Assembly (NCBI GenBank): GCA_016839605.1
Contig: JAEOTX010000044.1
Span: 1-64,000 of the forward strand
DNA: 64,000 bases
From: Candidatus Thorarchaeota archaeon
GTDB lineage: Archaea; Asgardarchaeota; Thorarchaeia; Thorarchaeales; Thorarchaeaceae
Reading direction: 5' to 3'
The position numbers and the translations under genes were made by a program. Shown here one piece after another: positions 1 to 9,195 of this stretch; position 1 is the stretch's first letter, and each line of letters begins with the position of its first letter. Below the pieces are notes generated by a model. That model ran no database searches. It had not been told where the DNA came from and was given only the letters and a program-made list of their open reading frames with translations.

Positions 1-183
1 GACTAACTCAAGATTTGATTTGTCCAGAGTTGATGGTCCCCAGTCGAAACATGCGGCTAGAGAGCGGCATAACACGTCTATTCTTTTACCAGATCCTGGC
101 AGGTCTTGGAAAAGGAAATCTCCATCTTCAGAGAGTCCAGGGAGGTGGAGGATGAATCTCAGATGCGCCACTTGTTCCATCAT
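1..183 (-). CDS. trmY: tRNA (pseudouridine54-N1)-methyltransferase TrmY-like, 5' part (runs off window start)
   Basis: Not in ORF track. Manual translation from ATG at 183: MMEQVAHLRFILHLPGLSEDGDFLFQDLPGSGKRIDVLCRSLAACF..., matching the TrmY N-terminal DLPGSGxRxDxLCR motif; open to base 1. Confidence 0.7.
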   Translation of the reverse strand, partial: MMEQVAHLRFILHLPGLSEDGDFLFQDLPGSGKRIDVLCRSLAACFDWGPSTLDKSNLELV

Positions 184-255
184 TTGGAGAACCAGCTAAT
201 ATGATGGGTCCATTGACATTCGCAGGACTGTAGTATCTGACATGCTGAGTTTGGC

Positions 256-549
256 CTAATAGCGGCGTCGGCTAGGTTTCGTTTTTCGTTCAGTTGCTTG
301 TCTAATCTGGACCTTTCCAGAATGCACTGCACAGCTTACACAGTAATACTGTGTGACTTTGCGAGTCTGAATGAAGCTTCCTTGCTGTCGGAGTTCACGT
401 GCTAACTGTGGATCGACTGCAGAGACCCGCTTTGTGTATCTCTTGGCCTTGTCAGCCGGGACCATTCGTCCACACTTGGAGCATTGGATGCTTTTGGACT
501 TTCCCGAGCTGCCTTTGCTTCGGCCACCGGACTTTCTTTTTTTACCCAA
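256..549 (-). CDS. rps26e: 30S ribosomal protein eS26 (S26e)
   Basis: MGKKRKSGGRSK, CSKCGRMVPADKAKR, YCVSCAVH zinc-binding pattern typical of eS26. Confidence 0.95.
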   Translation of the reverse strand: MGKKRKSGGRSKGSSGKSKSIQCSKCGRMVPADKAKRYTKRVSAVDPQLARELRQQGSFIQTRKVTQYYCVSCAVHSGKVQIRQATERKTKPSRRRY

Positions 550-652
550 ATAAGCTCACCATTGCTGGTTCTGAAATCGCCCAAGAGGCTTGGCCTTAAA
601 ACGTTGTGCATGGCACAATTCGACAACAACACCAGACGGCTATCTTGCAGGT

Positions 653-1738
653 TTAGAAATAGGGTGAGATTGTTTCCAATACCTTCTCAATAATCTCGTT
701 GTTTGATTCAATTAGCATCTCGTGTTCTTCACGGTCAATCTGGTCTTCTAATTTAGGAATTTTCTTGCCCTGCAAGCCATCCAGACTCGCTCCTATGCTT
801 GGACCAAGTGCAAAAGGACTATACCCCCCTTCAAGGATCCAGAAAGAGCCTCGTATCCCCAGAGAATTAACAACCTTCTCTATCTGGTCCCCAATATACC
901 AGTAAGTCCTCGAATCCACATCCATATTCCCTACAGGATCCGCATAGTGGGCATCAAAACCAGCTGAAATCCCAATAATGTCTGGCTTGAAACTTTCCAA
1001 TGCAGGAATTGCAATCCGTTTTACCGCTGATTGATATGATACATCGTGGGTGGATTCAACTAAGGGGATGTTGATGTTGGTGCCTCTGCCCTCGCCATGG
1101 CCTATTTCATCGAAATGCCCTACTCCGAAGTTCTCATAGTCATACTCATGCAGGGAAATATACTGGACATTTGGATCTGCATAGAAGATTTCTGCAGTGC
1201 CGTTTCCGTAGTGGTTGTCTATATCGAGAATCGATATGCGATCCATATCGTTTCGTCCCATTATTGACCTTGAAGCAACAGCAATATTGTTGAAGTAGCA
1301 CAGTCCCATCGATGTTGAAGTCGTTGCATGATGCCCAGGTGGTCTCACAAGGGCGAAGGAATGACTGGTCTTCCCTTCTGCTACTGATTTTGCGGCTTCA
1401 ATCGCACCACCGAGTGCATGCAATGCAGAACGGAGCAAGTCAGGACTCGCATAGGATGACTCACCTAGATATCCGCTTCCTAAGTCTGACATTATCTCAA
1501 CTGTATGGACAAGATATGGTGAATGGACTAGCAATGCATCTTCGAGCTTCGCCCGATTTGCTTTAGTCACCTTCATCCCCTCCAGCACACCATTTTCTTG
1601 GAGGTACCTGAAAGCTAATTGAATTCTAAGCGGGGTCTCAAATGCTTCGATATGTGGCCTAGGGAATGGCTGATGATGGGTATCAGTCAGCGGTTGATGG
1701 ATGAAAGCCATTTTCTGCTTTGTCAATTCAAGCTCCAC
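653..1738 (-). CDS. Histone deacetylase / acetylpolyamine amidohydrolase family Zn-dependent deacylase
   Basis: Motifs RPPGHHA, GLCYFNN, DIDNHYGNGT, SAGFDAH, LEGGY. Start may be a downstream ATG (MAFIH). Confidence 0.92.
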   Translation of the reverse strand: MELELTKQKMAFIHQPLTDTHHQPFPRPHIEAFETPLRIQLAFRYLQENGVLEGMKVTKANRAKLEDALLVHSPYLVHTVEIMSDLGSGYLGESSYASPDLLRSALHALGGAIEAAKSVAEGKTSHSFALVRPPGHHATTSTSMGLCYFNNIAVASRSIMGRNDMDRISILDIDNHYGNGTAEIFYADPNVQYISLHEYDYENFGVGHFDEIGHGEGRGTNINIPLVESTHDVSYQSAVKRIAIPALESFKPDIIGISAGFDAHYADPVGNMDVDSRTYWYIGDQIEKVVNSLGIRGSFWILEGGYSPFALGPSIGASLDGLQGKKIPKLEDQIDREEHEMLIESNNEIIEKVLETISPYF

Positions 1739-1771
1739 CTCCAGAATGAATAAGGGCCTCCTTAAACACTT

Positions 1772-3217
1772 TCACTTCATTGAAGGAAATGCGGGCTCAG
1801 CAAGAAGTACCCAGTTCACCATTATGTTTAGCAGCTTCGAGGCGGTTTCAGTCTTCTCTGTTGGGGTTAGGCCATTAATGGAAAACGCCTCCATGTGTGA
1901 ATCAATGTGATCTTTCACATTTGTCCATTTTCTTTTTTCTTCTATCCATAGATGTCCATTTCTTTCGAAAGCATCAGGGTGTGCCTTTCTGAAACTGTCT
2001 GTAGCATCTTTCAGCGAAGTAGGTGGGCCCCTTCTTTCAAATTGCTTTGATATCGATGGATTCTCCACAATGAACCCAAGCGCATATGATGAGCTCTCAA
2101 AGTATACCTCGGCGAGTACTTCTCCAAATCGAACTTCACCTGTGCTTTCTCTCGAGAGATCGCTAGCTACCTTTCTTGCAAAGCTATGAAGCTTGTCTCT
2201 CAGGACAGTATAGTGAATTGAACCGTCTGACTTGAATTCGTGAACAGAACTATGTTTGTCAAACCATTTCGGAACAGGAGTTGTTGGGATTGGTGTCTCA
2301 AGAAGGAGTTCTCTGACCAGGTCATAATCCTCCTCCTTGGCCGCAGATATTAATCGACTCGATAAAACCTTCAAGAGCCTGAACGATCGTTGATCAAAAC
2401 TTGAAGCGACATTTCTCCCTGGGTCCGTGGGATCCATGATGAAGATGTTGTCATCTTTGAAGGCTGGTATTTTTCTGAGGTCATCCAATTTTCGGTGAAA
2501 TGGGTCAACTGGAATTGTGTCGAGCTCAAGTATGGTTTTGATGGCATCATCAACTCCACCTTTCAAAATGACCAAGAGCTCCAATGCATACCCTGTGAAT
2601 CCCATGCGTCCAACTGCACATCTATCCGCATATGCGTGGCTAGCCCGCACGAATGACTTCAGAATCCTTGCATCATCTCGAAGCTCACCAATATTGTTGA
2701 ATACGTACTCTGAGTGATGAATGGTCCTGTCCATTGCAGTGATTGGTCCGTTCTTCTCTAACTCCTCCGAATCAATCAGGAAGCATGACACGATGTCAAC
2801 TTCGAATCCCATCATTTCCAATGACAAGTAAGGATGCTGAGAGAAGGTCTTCTGAAGCGAATCAATGGTCAATCCATGCATAGCAGGTATGAACCAGTTA
2901 TCTACCATGCTGTCCATGAGGTCGTCAACAGCCTCTCCTCTCTTCTTGCTGTCCTTTGCTAGTAGATCTGAGAAATCGTCTTGCGATAGAATCACAAAGA
3001 GGTCAATATCTGACGCTCCTCTGAGTTGTGTCTGTTTCTTCCCTGTTGAACCCTGAGGCTCAATCGAATGGTATGAAAACCCATTCGCTGCAGCATAGCG
3101 CTCAAGGCTCCGCCTAAGACTATCAATTACAAAGGCTTGATTTTTGATCTCAACCTTGGTCGGCATAATCTCTGCGAGAATAACAGATGCCGTTTCTTTA
3201 GAGATTATGGAGTCCAC
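1772..3217 (-). CDS. cca: Archaeal class I CCA-adding enzyme (tRNA nucleotidyltransferase)
   Basis: GS...TQLRGASDIDLF nucleotidyltransferase motif, HPY, DRTIHH, GFTGYALELLV, DPTDPGRNVA, RGPP. Confidence 0.9.
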   Translation of the reverse strand: MDSIISKETASVILAEIMPTKVEIKNQAFVIDSLRRSLERYAAANGFSYHSIEPQGSTGKKQTQLRGASDIDLFVILSQDDFSDLLAKDSKKRGEAVDDLMDSMVDNWFIPAMHGLTIDSLQKTFSQHPYLSLEMMGFEVDIVSCFLIDSEELEKNGPITAMDRTIHHSEYVFNNIGELRDDARILKSFVRASHAYADRCAVGRMGFTGYALELLVILKGGVDDAIKTILELDTIPVDPFHRKLDDLRKIPAFKDDNIFIMDPTDPGRNVASSFDQRSFRLLKVLSSRLISAAKEEDYDLVRELLLETPIPTTPVPKWFDKHSSVHEFKSDGSIHYTVLRDKLHSFARKVASDLSRESTGEVRFGEVLAEVYFESSSYALGFIVENPSISKQFERRGPPTSLKDATDSFRKAHPDAFERNGHLWIEEKRKWTNVKDHIDSHMEAFSINGLTPTEKTETASKLLNIMVNWVLLAEPAFPSMK

Positions 3218-3349
3218 TTTGAAGACCTACGGTCTAAGACGCCGTAGGCGCTTTGAATGTTCGCCTCCTCTTTCTCCCTAGGTTTAAAGCCGAGCTGGTA
3301 GACATAGAAGCATCCCAAAACATCAAGAAATGATGAGGAGTAGCCTCTT

Positions 3350-3841
3350 GTGACTTCCATTATTCCAATCGTAATCAGCATCCTCCGCTGCGAGGAACAA
3401 TATCTTTTTCTGAAGCGTGCAAACTCCCCCTATGAGAACCTGTGGAGCTTAGTTGGCGGAAAGGTGGGAATTGGTGAGCATATACTTGATGCTGCCAAGC
3501 GGGAAGTTCTGGAGGAAACAGGTGCAAATTCTCTCTCAAACTATGAATATCGGGGAGTCGTTTCGGAAAGGCTTGTTAAAAGTGATGGGGCTCTCTTGAC
3601 TCATTTCCTGATTTTTGTTGGTTATGGAGAAATTGATAGTTATTTGGAATCGCACAGAGAAGGCGAGCTTTTCCTCTTTTCCATGGAAGAAATCGATGCG
3701 CATCGTTCCGAGTTTCTTCCCTCGGATTGGTTTATGTTTGACAGTTTTAGAGAAACAAGCGACGAGTCAAATCAATACGAAACAGAGCTCGAGCATGACA
3801 ATGGCAGGTACACACTCAATTACTACAGGAAGGCTGAATAG
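3350..3841 (+). CDS. NUDIX hydrolase
   Basis: Nudix box GGKVGIGEHILDAAKREVLEETG. Confidence 0.9.
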   Translation: MTSIIPIVISILRCEEQYLFLKRANSPYENLWSLVGGKVGIGEHILDAAKREVLEETGANSLSNYEYRGVVSERLVKSDGALLTHFLIFVGYGEIDSYLESHREGELFLFSMEEIDAHRSEFLPSDWFMFDSFRETSDESNQYETELEHDNGRYTLNYYRKAE

Positions 3842-4845
3842 TGCAACTTGGTGAGATTGAAATAGAGCCTTTGGCTGCAGAGAGTCTTGGAGTGCGGTCA
3901 TTTTGCACATTGGTGAAGACTCCTGACATACGGTTAGTTCTCGATCCCTCAGCAGCCCTGGCAATGCGTGAGCGTCTAGAACCTCATCCAATTGAGTATC
4001 AGATTCTCATCAAGAGCCTCGAAAGAATCTTTGTTGAATCCAGAAAGGCGGATGTTCTCTCAATATCTCACTATCATTATGATCATGTTCGTCCAGGCTT
4101 CACAGATTTTCGCTACAATCTGAGTTCGCGAGAGGAGCTTCAAAGACTGTTCGATGGAAAAACTGTTCTTGCGAAGGACAATAGGGAAAACATCAATCCC
4201 TCTCAGAGACGAAGAGGTTTCTATTTTGAGAAGGATGTCCAATCGATATCGGAGGAGATTCATTGGAGTGATGGTACAGCTTTTGAATTTGGGGCAACAA
4301 AAGTCACATGTTCAAGCCCTCTCTCCCACGGCCCCTCCGATACAAAACTAGGCTATGTCATTGCAACCACAATCGAATACGAAGGAAGCTCTGTAATGTT
4401 TGCCCCGGATCTTCAGGGTCCGGTTGTTCAGGAGGATTTGGCATACATCTTATCATCTTCTCCTGATTTACTATTAGTTGGGGGCCCTCCGCTCTATCTG
4501 AAGAAATTCGAGGAGCGCCACAGACAATCTGCATTTCAATCGTTGACAAGACTTGTCACTGAGATTCCCCTAGTTGTCGTTGACCATCATCTCATGAGAT
4601 CGAAGGACTGGCTCAATTGGCTGGGACCAATAAAAGTTGCAGCGGAAAGAGCAGGTAATCAAATTATGAGTATTGCAGAGATGTTAGGGACCGAGAATCG
4701 ATGTCTGGAATCGATGAGAACTAGTCTCTACTCCGAGCAGCCTCCAGAATCTGATTTTATGCGTTGGACTGATGCTACTGATGAGTACAAGAAAAGTAAT
4801 CTTCCACCCTTGAACATTGCTTTGGATAAATCGAGGACATCATAG
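3841..4845 (+). CDS. MBL-fold metallo-hydrolase (UPF0282-like)
   Basis: PLAAESLGVRS, ISHYHYDH, INPSQRRRG, HG...LGYV, DHHLMR motifs; abuts the NUDIX gene. Confidence 0.85.
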   Translation: MQLGEIEIEPLAAESLGVRSFCTLVKTPDIRLVLDPSAALAMRERLEPHPIEYQILIKSLERIFVESRKADVLSISHYHYDHVRPGFTDFRYNLSSREELQRLFDGKTVLAKDNRENINPSQRRRGFYFEKDVQSISEEIHWSDGTAFEFGATKVTCSSPLSHGPSDTKLGYVIATTIEYEGSSVMFAPDLQGPVVQEDLAYILSSSPDLLLVGGPPLYLKKFEERHRQSAFQSLTRLVTEIPLVVVDHHLMRSKDWLNWLGPIKVAAERAGNQIMSIAEMLGTENRCLESMRTSLYSEQPPESDFMRWTDATDEYKKSNLPPLNIALDKSRTS

Positions 4846-4985
4846 ACACCTTTTAGGGCATTCATCACAAGAATTGCGATGAAAGCAAAGAGACAACATT
4901 GATGAATGGTCTCTCTCGGTGAGAGAGCCGGGAACTGCACAAGAGGCATAATTGTCCTGTACTGCTCTCCTGAATCCGTCGGTGA

Positions 4986-5552
4986 ATGGTAGTGAATCCG
5001 AAACAGAATGATGAAGTAAAAAAGCCCTCAGACGGCTCCACTCGCAAGTTGCTTGATCGTTTCAAGAGTGCAGTGAGTGAGGCTGATGAGTTGCTGGCTA
5101 AGGAGCAGCATCAGCAAGCAATGGCATTATACTATGAGGCGAGTCAGTCTGCAGACGAGATGTCCGAGCGTTTCCTCACCCTTCTTGTTAGAACTTCACC
5201 GAATAATGACTTTCGCACCCTTCTCATTGAGGTCATTAGCTGGCGCTTGAGATACATTACCGCTCAGTATGATTATCATCTCGCAGTGGCTCAGACTCTT
5301 GGCGGGTTGCCCCGACAGGAGTGGATTGCTAGACTGGAGACTCTGCTTGTTCTAGCTCAGACTTGGGTTGATAAATTACTACCATTCCAGAAAGAGGTTA
5401 ACGAGCCTGGTCTCAGGGGAAGGATTGATGATGTATTATCGGACTGGGTGGCAGGCATCCGCAGTCTGATTGACAAACTTATGAACTGGGGTATGGCTAG
5501 CGCTCAAGCATCTAGAGTGCTTGAATGGGCGAAGGACAATGGTCTGGAATGA
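4986..5552 (+). CDS. Hypothetical all-helical protein
   Basis: 188-aa ORF with protein-like amphipathic helical composition filling the gap; no motif recognised. Confidence 0.7.
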   Translation: MVVNPKQNDEVKKPSDGSTRKLLDRFKSAVSEADELLAKEQHQQAMALYYEASQSADEMSERFLTLLVRTSPNNDFRTLLIEVISWRLRYITAQYDYHLAVAQTLGGLPRQEWIARLETLLVLAQTWVDKLLPFQKEVNEPGLRGRIDDVLSDWVAGIRSLIDKLMNWGMASAQASRVLEWAKDNGLE

Positions 5553-5570
5553 TATGTCAACTAGAGGTTG

Positions 5571-5792
5571 CTATTCATCATCTTTTGATTTGCCCTCAAC
5601 ATAAGTGACCGCAACCTCTGTATCAGCTAGTTGCAGATGGCTATCAACATAACATACCAAGTAGTGATCCTCGTGCTTGACGACTATAGCCACTGGAAAA
5701 CGTGTGACTTTCTTGAGTGCCTCTTCTGGTACTTTCCAAGAAATCGTCTTCTTACAGACGGGGCACTGCAACCACTTTAGGCCTTCAGCCAT
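5571..5792 (-). CDS. Small CxxC/His putative zinc-binding protein
   Basis: CPVC...FPVAIVVKHEDHYLVCYVD; GGTGG RBS-like element upstream of the ATG. Confidence 0.75.
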   Translation of the reverse strand: MAEGLKWLQCPVCKKTISWKVPEEALKKVTRFPVAIVVKHEDHYLVCYVDSHLQLADTEVAVTYVEGKSKDDE

Positions 5793-5942
5793 CTAAACCA
5801 CCTTCGTAAATAGGGGCCGGCGATTGAGAGTCTACAATCGTACTAAAAACGTTTGCTGCTCTATTGATTATCAAAGCCCGCGAATCAGCTTCATTCTTAC
5901 TATGATTCGAATATCAATGTTAATCGGATGTTGCAAAGGAAA

Positions 5943-6773
5943 TCACTCACCCAAATCGAGGTCCCAAGCGCCAGGGTCTTTCAAGTCCCTGCTCATGATT
6001 GGTCCCTTTCTGTCAACAAGTGCTGAGATATCATATCTGTCCGTGTCTACCACGAGCTCTCCTGAGTCCTTGTCATAGTAAGCAGGAATCAGTCCTTCCT
6101 GAATCCCCTTTCTCACAAGTTTCGCTAGTTTTTCTTCCTTCATGCCGGTGCTTTCAACTAGACTCGTCATTGTGACAGCTGCCTCTGATTCCAATGATGT
6201 ACGAATGAAACCTGTAAGAATCAGGTAGAGATATCTATGGGCCTTGCGGATAGTCTGTCTATCCACTGCCGCTTGGAGAATCTCGTCGATATAGAGATCT
6301 GCATCTCCAAAGTGGTATTCGCTCAGCATCAAGGCAAAGATGATCAGTTCTCTAATCTGCCCCTTTGTGGTTTCAGCGGCTGCATGGATAAGTTGCTTTG
6401 CCAGATCAATGTCGCCTCCTGTAATGGCGCACAGGGAGCCTTCCACAAAGTAGGATGGGTCTTTCTCTTTCTCAGCGGCTAGAATGTATGCTTCTGATGC
6501 GATTTGACAGTCAATCTCGAACTTATCATGATGCCCCTCTTTAATCCACGAATACCCCCCTTCGATCATAACATTGGCAGCTTTTGAATACCGATGCGCC
6601 AGCATTGCGTGCTCGTAGGCACGTTCAAAGCAGTTAGCGGCCCTGGCAAAAGATTCCCATCGTCTCCAACACTCTGCAGCTGCTGCAAAGAGGTCCATCG
6701 CTTCTTCATTGAGCCCATCGATAGCTTTCTCTTCAGCGAGTTCCTCTTGTTTGCTGCATTCGGCCTTCTGCAT
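5943..6773 (-). CDS. Helical-repeat (SNAP/TPR-like) protein with C-terminal PCI-like winged helix
   Basis: N-terminal EEAMDLFAAAAECWRRWESFARAANCFERA resembles SNAP/TPR helices; C-terminal LAKLVRKGIQEGLIPAYYDKDSGELVV resembles the PCI winged helix. ATG 6773 chosen; ORF is open to 6818. Confidence 0.6.
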   Translation of the reverse strand: MQKAECSKQEELAEEKAIDGLNEEAMDLFAAAAECWRRWESFARAANCFERAYEHAMLAHRYSKAANVMIEGGYSWIKEGHHDKFEIDCQIASEAYILAAEKEKDPSYFVEGSLCAITGGDIDLAKQLIHAAAETTKGQIRELIIFALMLSEYHFGDADLYIDEILQAAVDRQTIRKAHRYLYLILTGFIRTSLESEAAVTMTSLVESTGMKEEKLAKLVRKGIQEGLIPAYYDKDSGELVVDTDRYDISALVDRKGPIMSRDLKDPGAWDLDLGE

Positions 6774-6865
6774 CTTGGGGTGCGCTCCAAAAAGGTGTGG
6801 AAACCTGGCTGATTTCACTTCTTAAGCTTTGGATTCAGCCAGGTCAAGCTAAGAATTTGCAGAAT

Positions 6866-7537
6866 CTACCTGATGGCTCCATCCTTCATGTGAAGAACGC
6901 GTTTGGCATACTTAGTCAAGTCCTCATTATGAGTGACCAAGACGACTGTCATATTCTTCTCTTTAGCGAGAGTTGAGATGTCCTTCATTATGCTGTCGCC
7001 AATCTTGCTGTCAAGATTTCCTGTCGGTTCGTCACAGAAGAGAATTGGTGGCTTATTCACAAGAGCTCTAGCAATTGCCACGCGCTGCTGTTCACCACCG
7101 GACATTTGTCGTGGAAAGTGGTCTCTTCTTTCTAGCATGTCGACATCTCGAAGAACTTCAAGGGTCATCTTCTCTTGAGTTTCCTTGGTCAGCTCTTCAT
7201 TAGGCCAGAGCACCGATTCAACATTCTCGTATGCGGTAAGGTCCTCAATGAGTAGGAATGCCTGAAAAACAAATCCTATCTTCTGAGCTCTTACCTTAGG
7301 TAGGTCTCTCTCGCTGATGAGTGTGACATCTACGGCATCTAGTAGGACCCGTCCTCCACTTGGTTGTTCAAGTCCTGCCATCACATGAAGCAGAGTGGAT
7401 TTACCACATCCCGAAGGTCCAACGACGGCTACAAATTCTCCTTGCTGAATCTCAAGATCGATGCTCTTCAGTGCAGCAACAGTGTTCTTGCCCTTGCCAA
7501 ACTCCTTGTTAACATCTTCAAGCTGTATTATTGCCAT
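6866..7537 (-). CDS. ABC transporter ATP-binding protein (LolD/MacB/FtsE type)
   Basis: Walker A GPSGCGKST, IGFVFQ, MSGGEQQRVAIARAL, DEPTGNLD, VTHN. Confidence 0.95.
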   Translation of the reverse strand: MAIIQLEDVNKEFGKGKNTVAALKSIDLEIQQGEFVAVVGPSGCGKSTLLHVMAGLEQPSGGRVLLDAVDVTLISERDLPKVRAQKIGFVFQAFLLIEDLTAYENVESVLWPNEELTKETQEKMTLEVLRDVDMLERRDHFPRQMSGGEQQRVAIARALVNKPPILFCDEPTGNLDSKIGDSIMKDISTLAKEKNMTVVLVTHNEDLTKYAKRVLHMKDGAIR

Positions 7538-7540
7538 GTT

Positions 7541-8062
7541 TCATTCCTCCCTCAACGCTCTCATTGGCGGTATCATCATAGCTCTACGTTGGGCTAAGTA
7601 GAGACCCGGCAACTGCAATCCTACAATCACAACCAATGTGATCATAAGGTCCGCTAGTGGAACAGCAATCAGTGACTGCAGACCATCAAGAAATCCTGTG
7701 TCAAATAATGGCTCAAAGTAAGCAACTAAGCCTAGTAATTCCACACTCACCTGAAACACTAATAGAAATGCTGAGAGTGAAACAAGGACCACCTCTCCTA
7801 CCATTACCAAAAAGATGTCATTATTGTTCCATGACACACATTTGAGAATGGCAATATCTTTGGCCCTAGACTGTGCTATTAGAATTGCATAGAGGGTTGC
7901 CAACACGAATGCAGCGAAAAGCCAAAGGAGCTGATCCACTCCTGATGACAAGCCACGTGACACCATCACTATGAGAAACGCATAGATGACAACGAATGTT
8001 ATCACACGTTTCTTGGCGCGAAACGCGAATTTTATACTCTTGAAAAGAACTCTGAGATTCAA
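7541..8062 (-). CDS. Small FtsX/MacB-type ABC permease
   Basis: About 4 TM segments, RAKDIAILKCVSW (R..EIGILKA.G-like), C-terminal PMRALREE; 3 nt from the ABC ATPase. Confidence 0.75.
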   Translation of the reverse strand: MNLRVLFKSIKFAFRAKKRVITFVVIYAFLIVMVSRGLSSGVDQLLWLFAAFVLATLYAILIAQSRAKDIAILKCVSWNNNDIFLVMVGEVVLVSLSAFLLVFQVSVELLGLVAYFEPLFDTGFLDGLQSLIAVPLADLMITLVVIVGLQLPGLYLAQRRAMMIPPMRALREE

Positions 8063-8154
8063 TGGCGTGAAACCTCCGAATACTGGCCCATTGTGTTTTG
8101 ATTGACAGACTTATACTAATTTGTGTTGTGGGGGGGAATGGGTTCGGTATTGCA

Positions 8155-8340
8155 TCACGCTGATTCAGGGTCATCGTTCCTCAAGATTGGTCCTCCATCC
8201 CTTGGCCACAGCTCACGGCGTAGTAGGTCTCTAATCGCTACCCTGATTGCCTCACTTCTAGACGGATACATGCCAATTTCAACTAGCTTGTCCAATCCGT
8301 CTGCATAAATCTCACTCATTTTCACGGTGATAAGCCGCAT
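8155..8340 (-). CDS. Ribbon-helix-helix (CopG/CdrS-like) transcription regulator
   Basis: MRLITVKMSEIYADGLDKLVEIGMYPSRSEAIRVAIRDLL; ATG 8340 is preceded by GGGAGGA. Confidence 0.88.
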   Translation of the reverse strand: MRLITVKMSEIYADGLDKLVEIGMYPSRSEAIRVAIRDLLRRELWPRDGGPILRNDDPESA

Positions 8341-8554
8341 GCTGCGTCGTCCTCCCGAACAGGTACGACCCGGGTAACACCTGTTATAATCTCTTCCAGA
8401 TACAAACACAAAACTGTGAATAGGGCGCCAACCTATTTTGAAGGTCGAAGGGATTTGCTACTCCATTAAATGCCATAAAAGGCTAAATATGGTCAAAACC
8501 CAGCTGTCAATGATTCAAGGCACTATGCACCAAAGTTGTGCACTACCATAATCG

Positions 8555-9112
8555 ATGTCACGAGGGACCAAATTGGCTAAAGCGTCAGAATTTGATTTCA
8601 TGCGTAAGGTTGTCATGATCGGAGCTGGCGGTAGCGGAAAGACTGCACTTGTTAATCGGTTCCTCACACAGAAGTTTTCTGAACAGTATATAGTGACTAT
8701 CGGTTCACAATTTGCCGTGAAGACTGTGGCTGTTCCAGACAACAATGGGAACTCCGTCGTCGTCAAGCTCCTGGTCTGGGATTTAGCTGGGCAGCAGCGT
8801 TTTGATTTCATTCGTGGAAGCTACTACAGAGGATCGAAGGGGGCTCTGCTAGTGTTTGACACAACGCGAAAGAGCACCTACATTGACCTTCCTAAGTGGA
8901 TTGAGGAAACTGAGAATGCTCTGGGTGAACGCATCCCAATAATCCTACTTGCTAACAAGGTTGACTTGGCTGAAGATCGTGTCATAACTACCGAGATGGG
9001 GATGCAGTTTGTTGAAGAATACAACCTAGTAGCTTATCTGGAAACCAGTGCGCTGACCGGCCAAAACGTAGAGGAGGCCTTCAGTCTACTTGCTAAATCG
9101 AGCATAGACTAG
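8555..9112 (+). CDS. Rab-like small GTPase (eukaryotic signature protein)
   Basis: G1 GAGGSGKT, TIGSQF, KLLVWDLAGQQRF, SYYRG, NKVD, ETSAL; no C-terminal Cys prenylation motif. Confidence 0.92.
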   Translation: MSRGTKLAKASEFDFMRKVVMIGAGGSGKTALVNRFLTQKFSEQYIVTIGSQFAVKTVAVPDNNGNSVVVKLLVWDLAGQQRFDFIRGSYYRGSKGALLVFDTTRKSTYIDLPKWIEETENALGERIPIILLANKVDLAEDRVITTEMGMQFVEEYNLVAYLETSALTGQNVEEAFSLLAKSSID

Positions 9113-9195
9113 GTCTTCAACAACCTCTGCATGGACCGAAACTACTATACCCAATTTAAAGCCCCGGAAAATCATTCCACAGTAACTATTTTGAA

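Noticed and set aside
8080-8152. Imperfect inverted repeat AATACTGGCCCATT...AATGGGTTCGGTATT between the RHH and permease genes
   Set aside because: It pairs best on the non-transcribed strand with a long unstructured loop; too weak to call.
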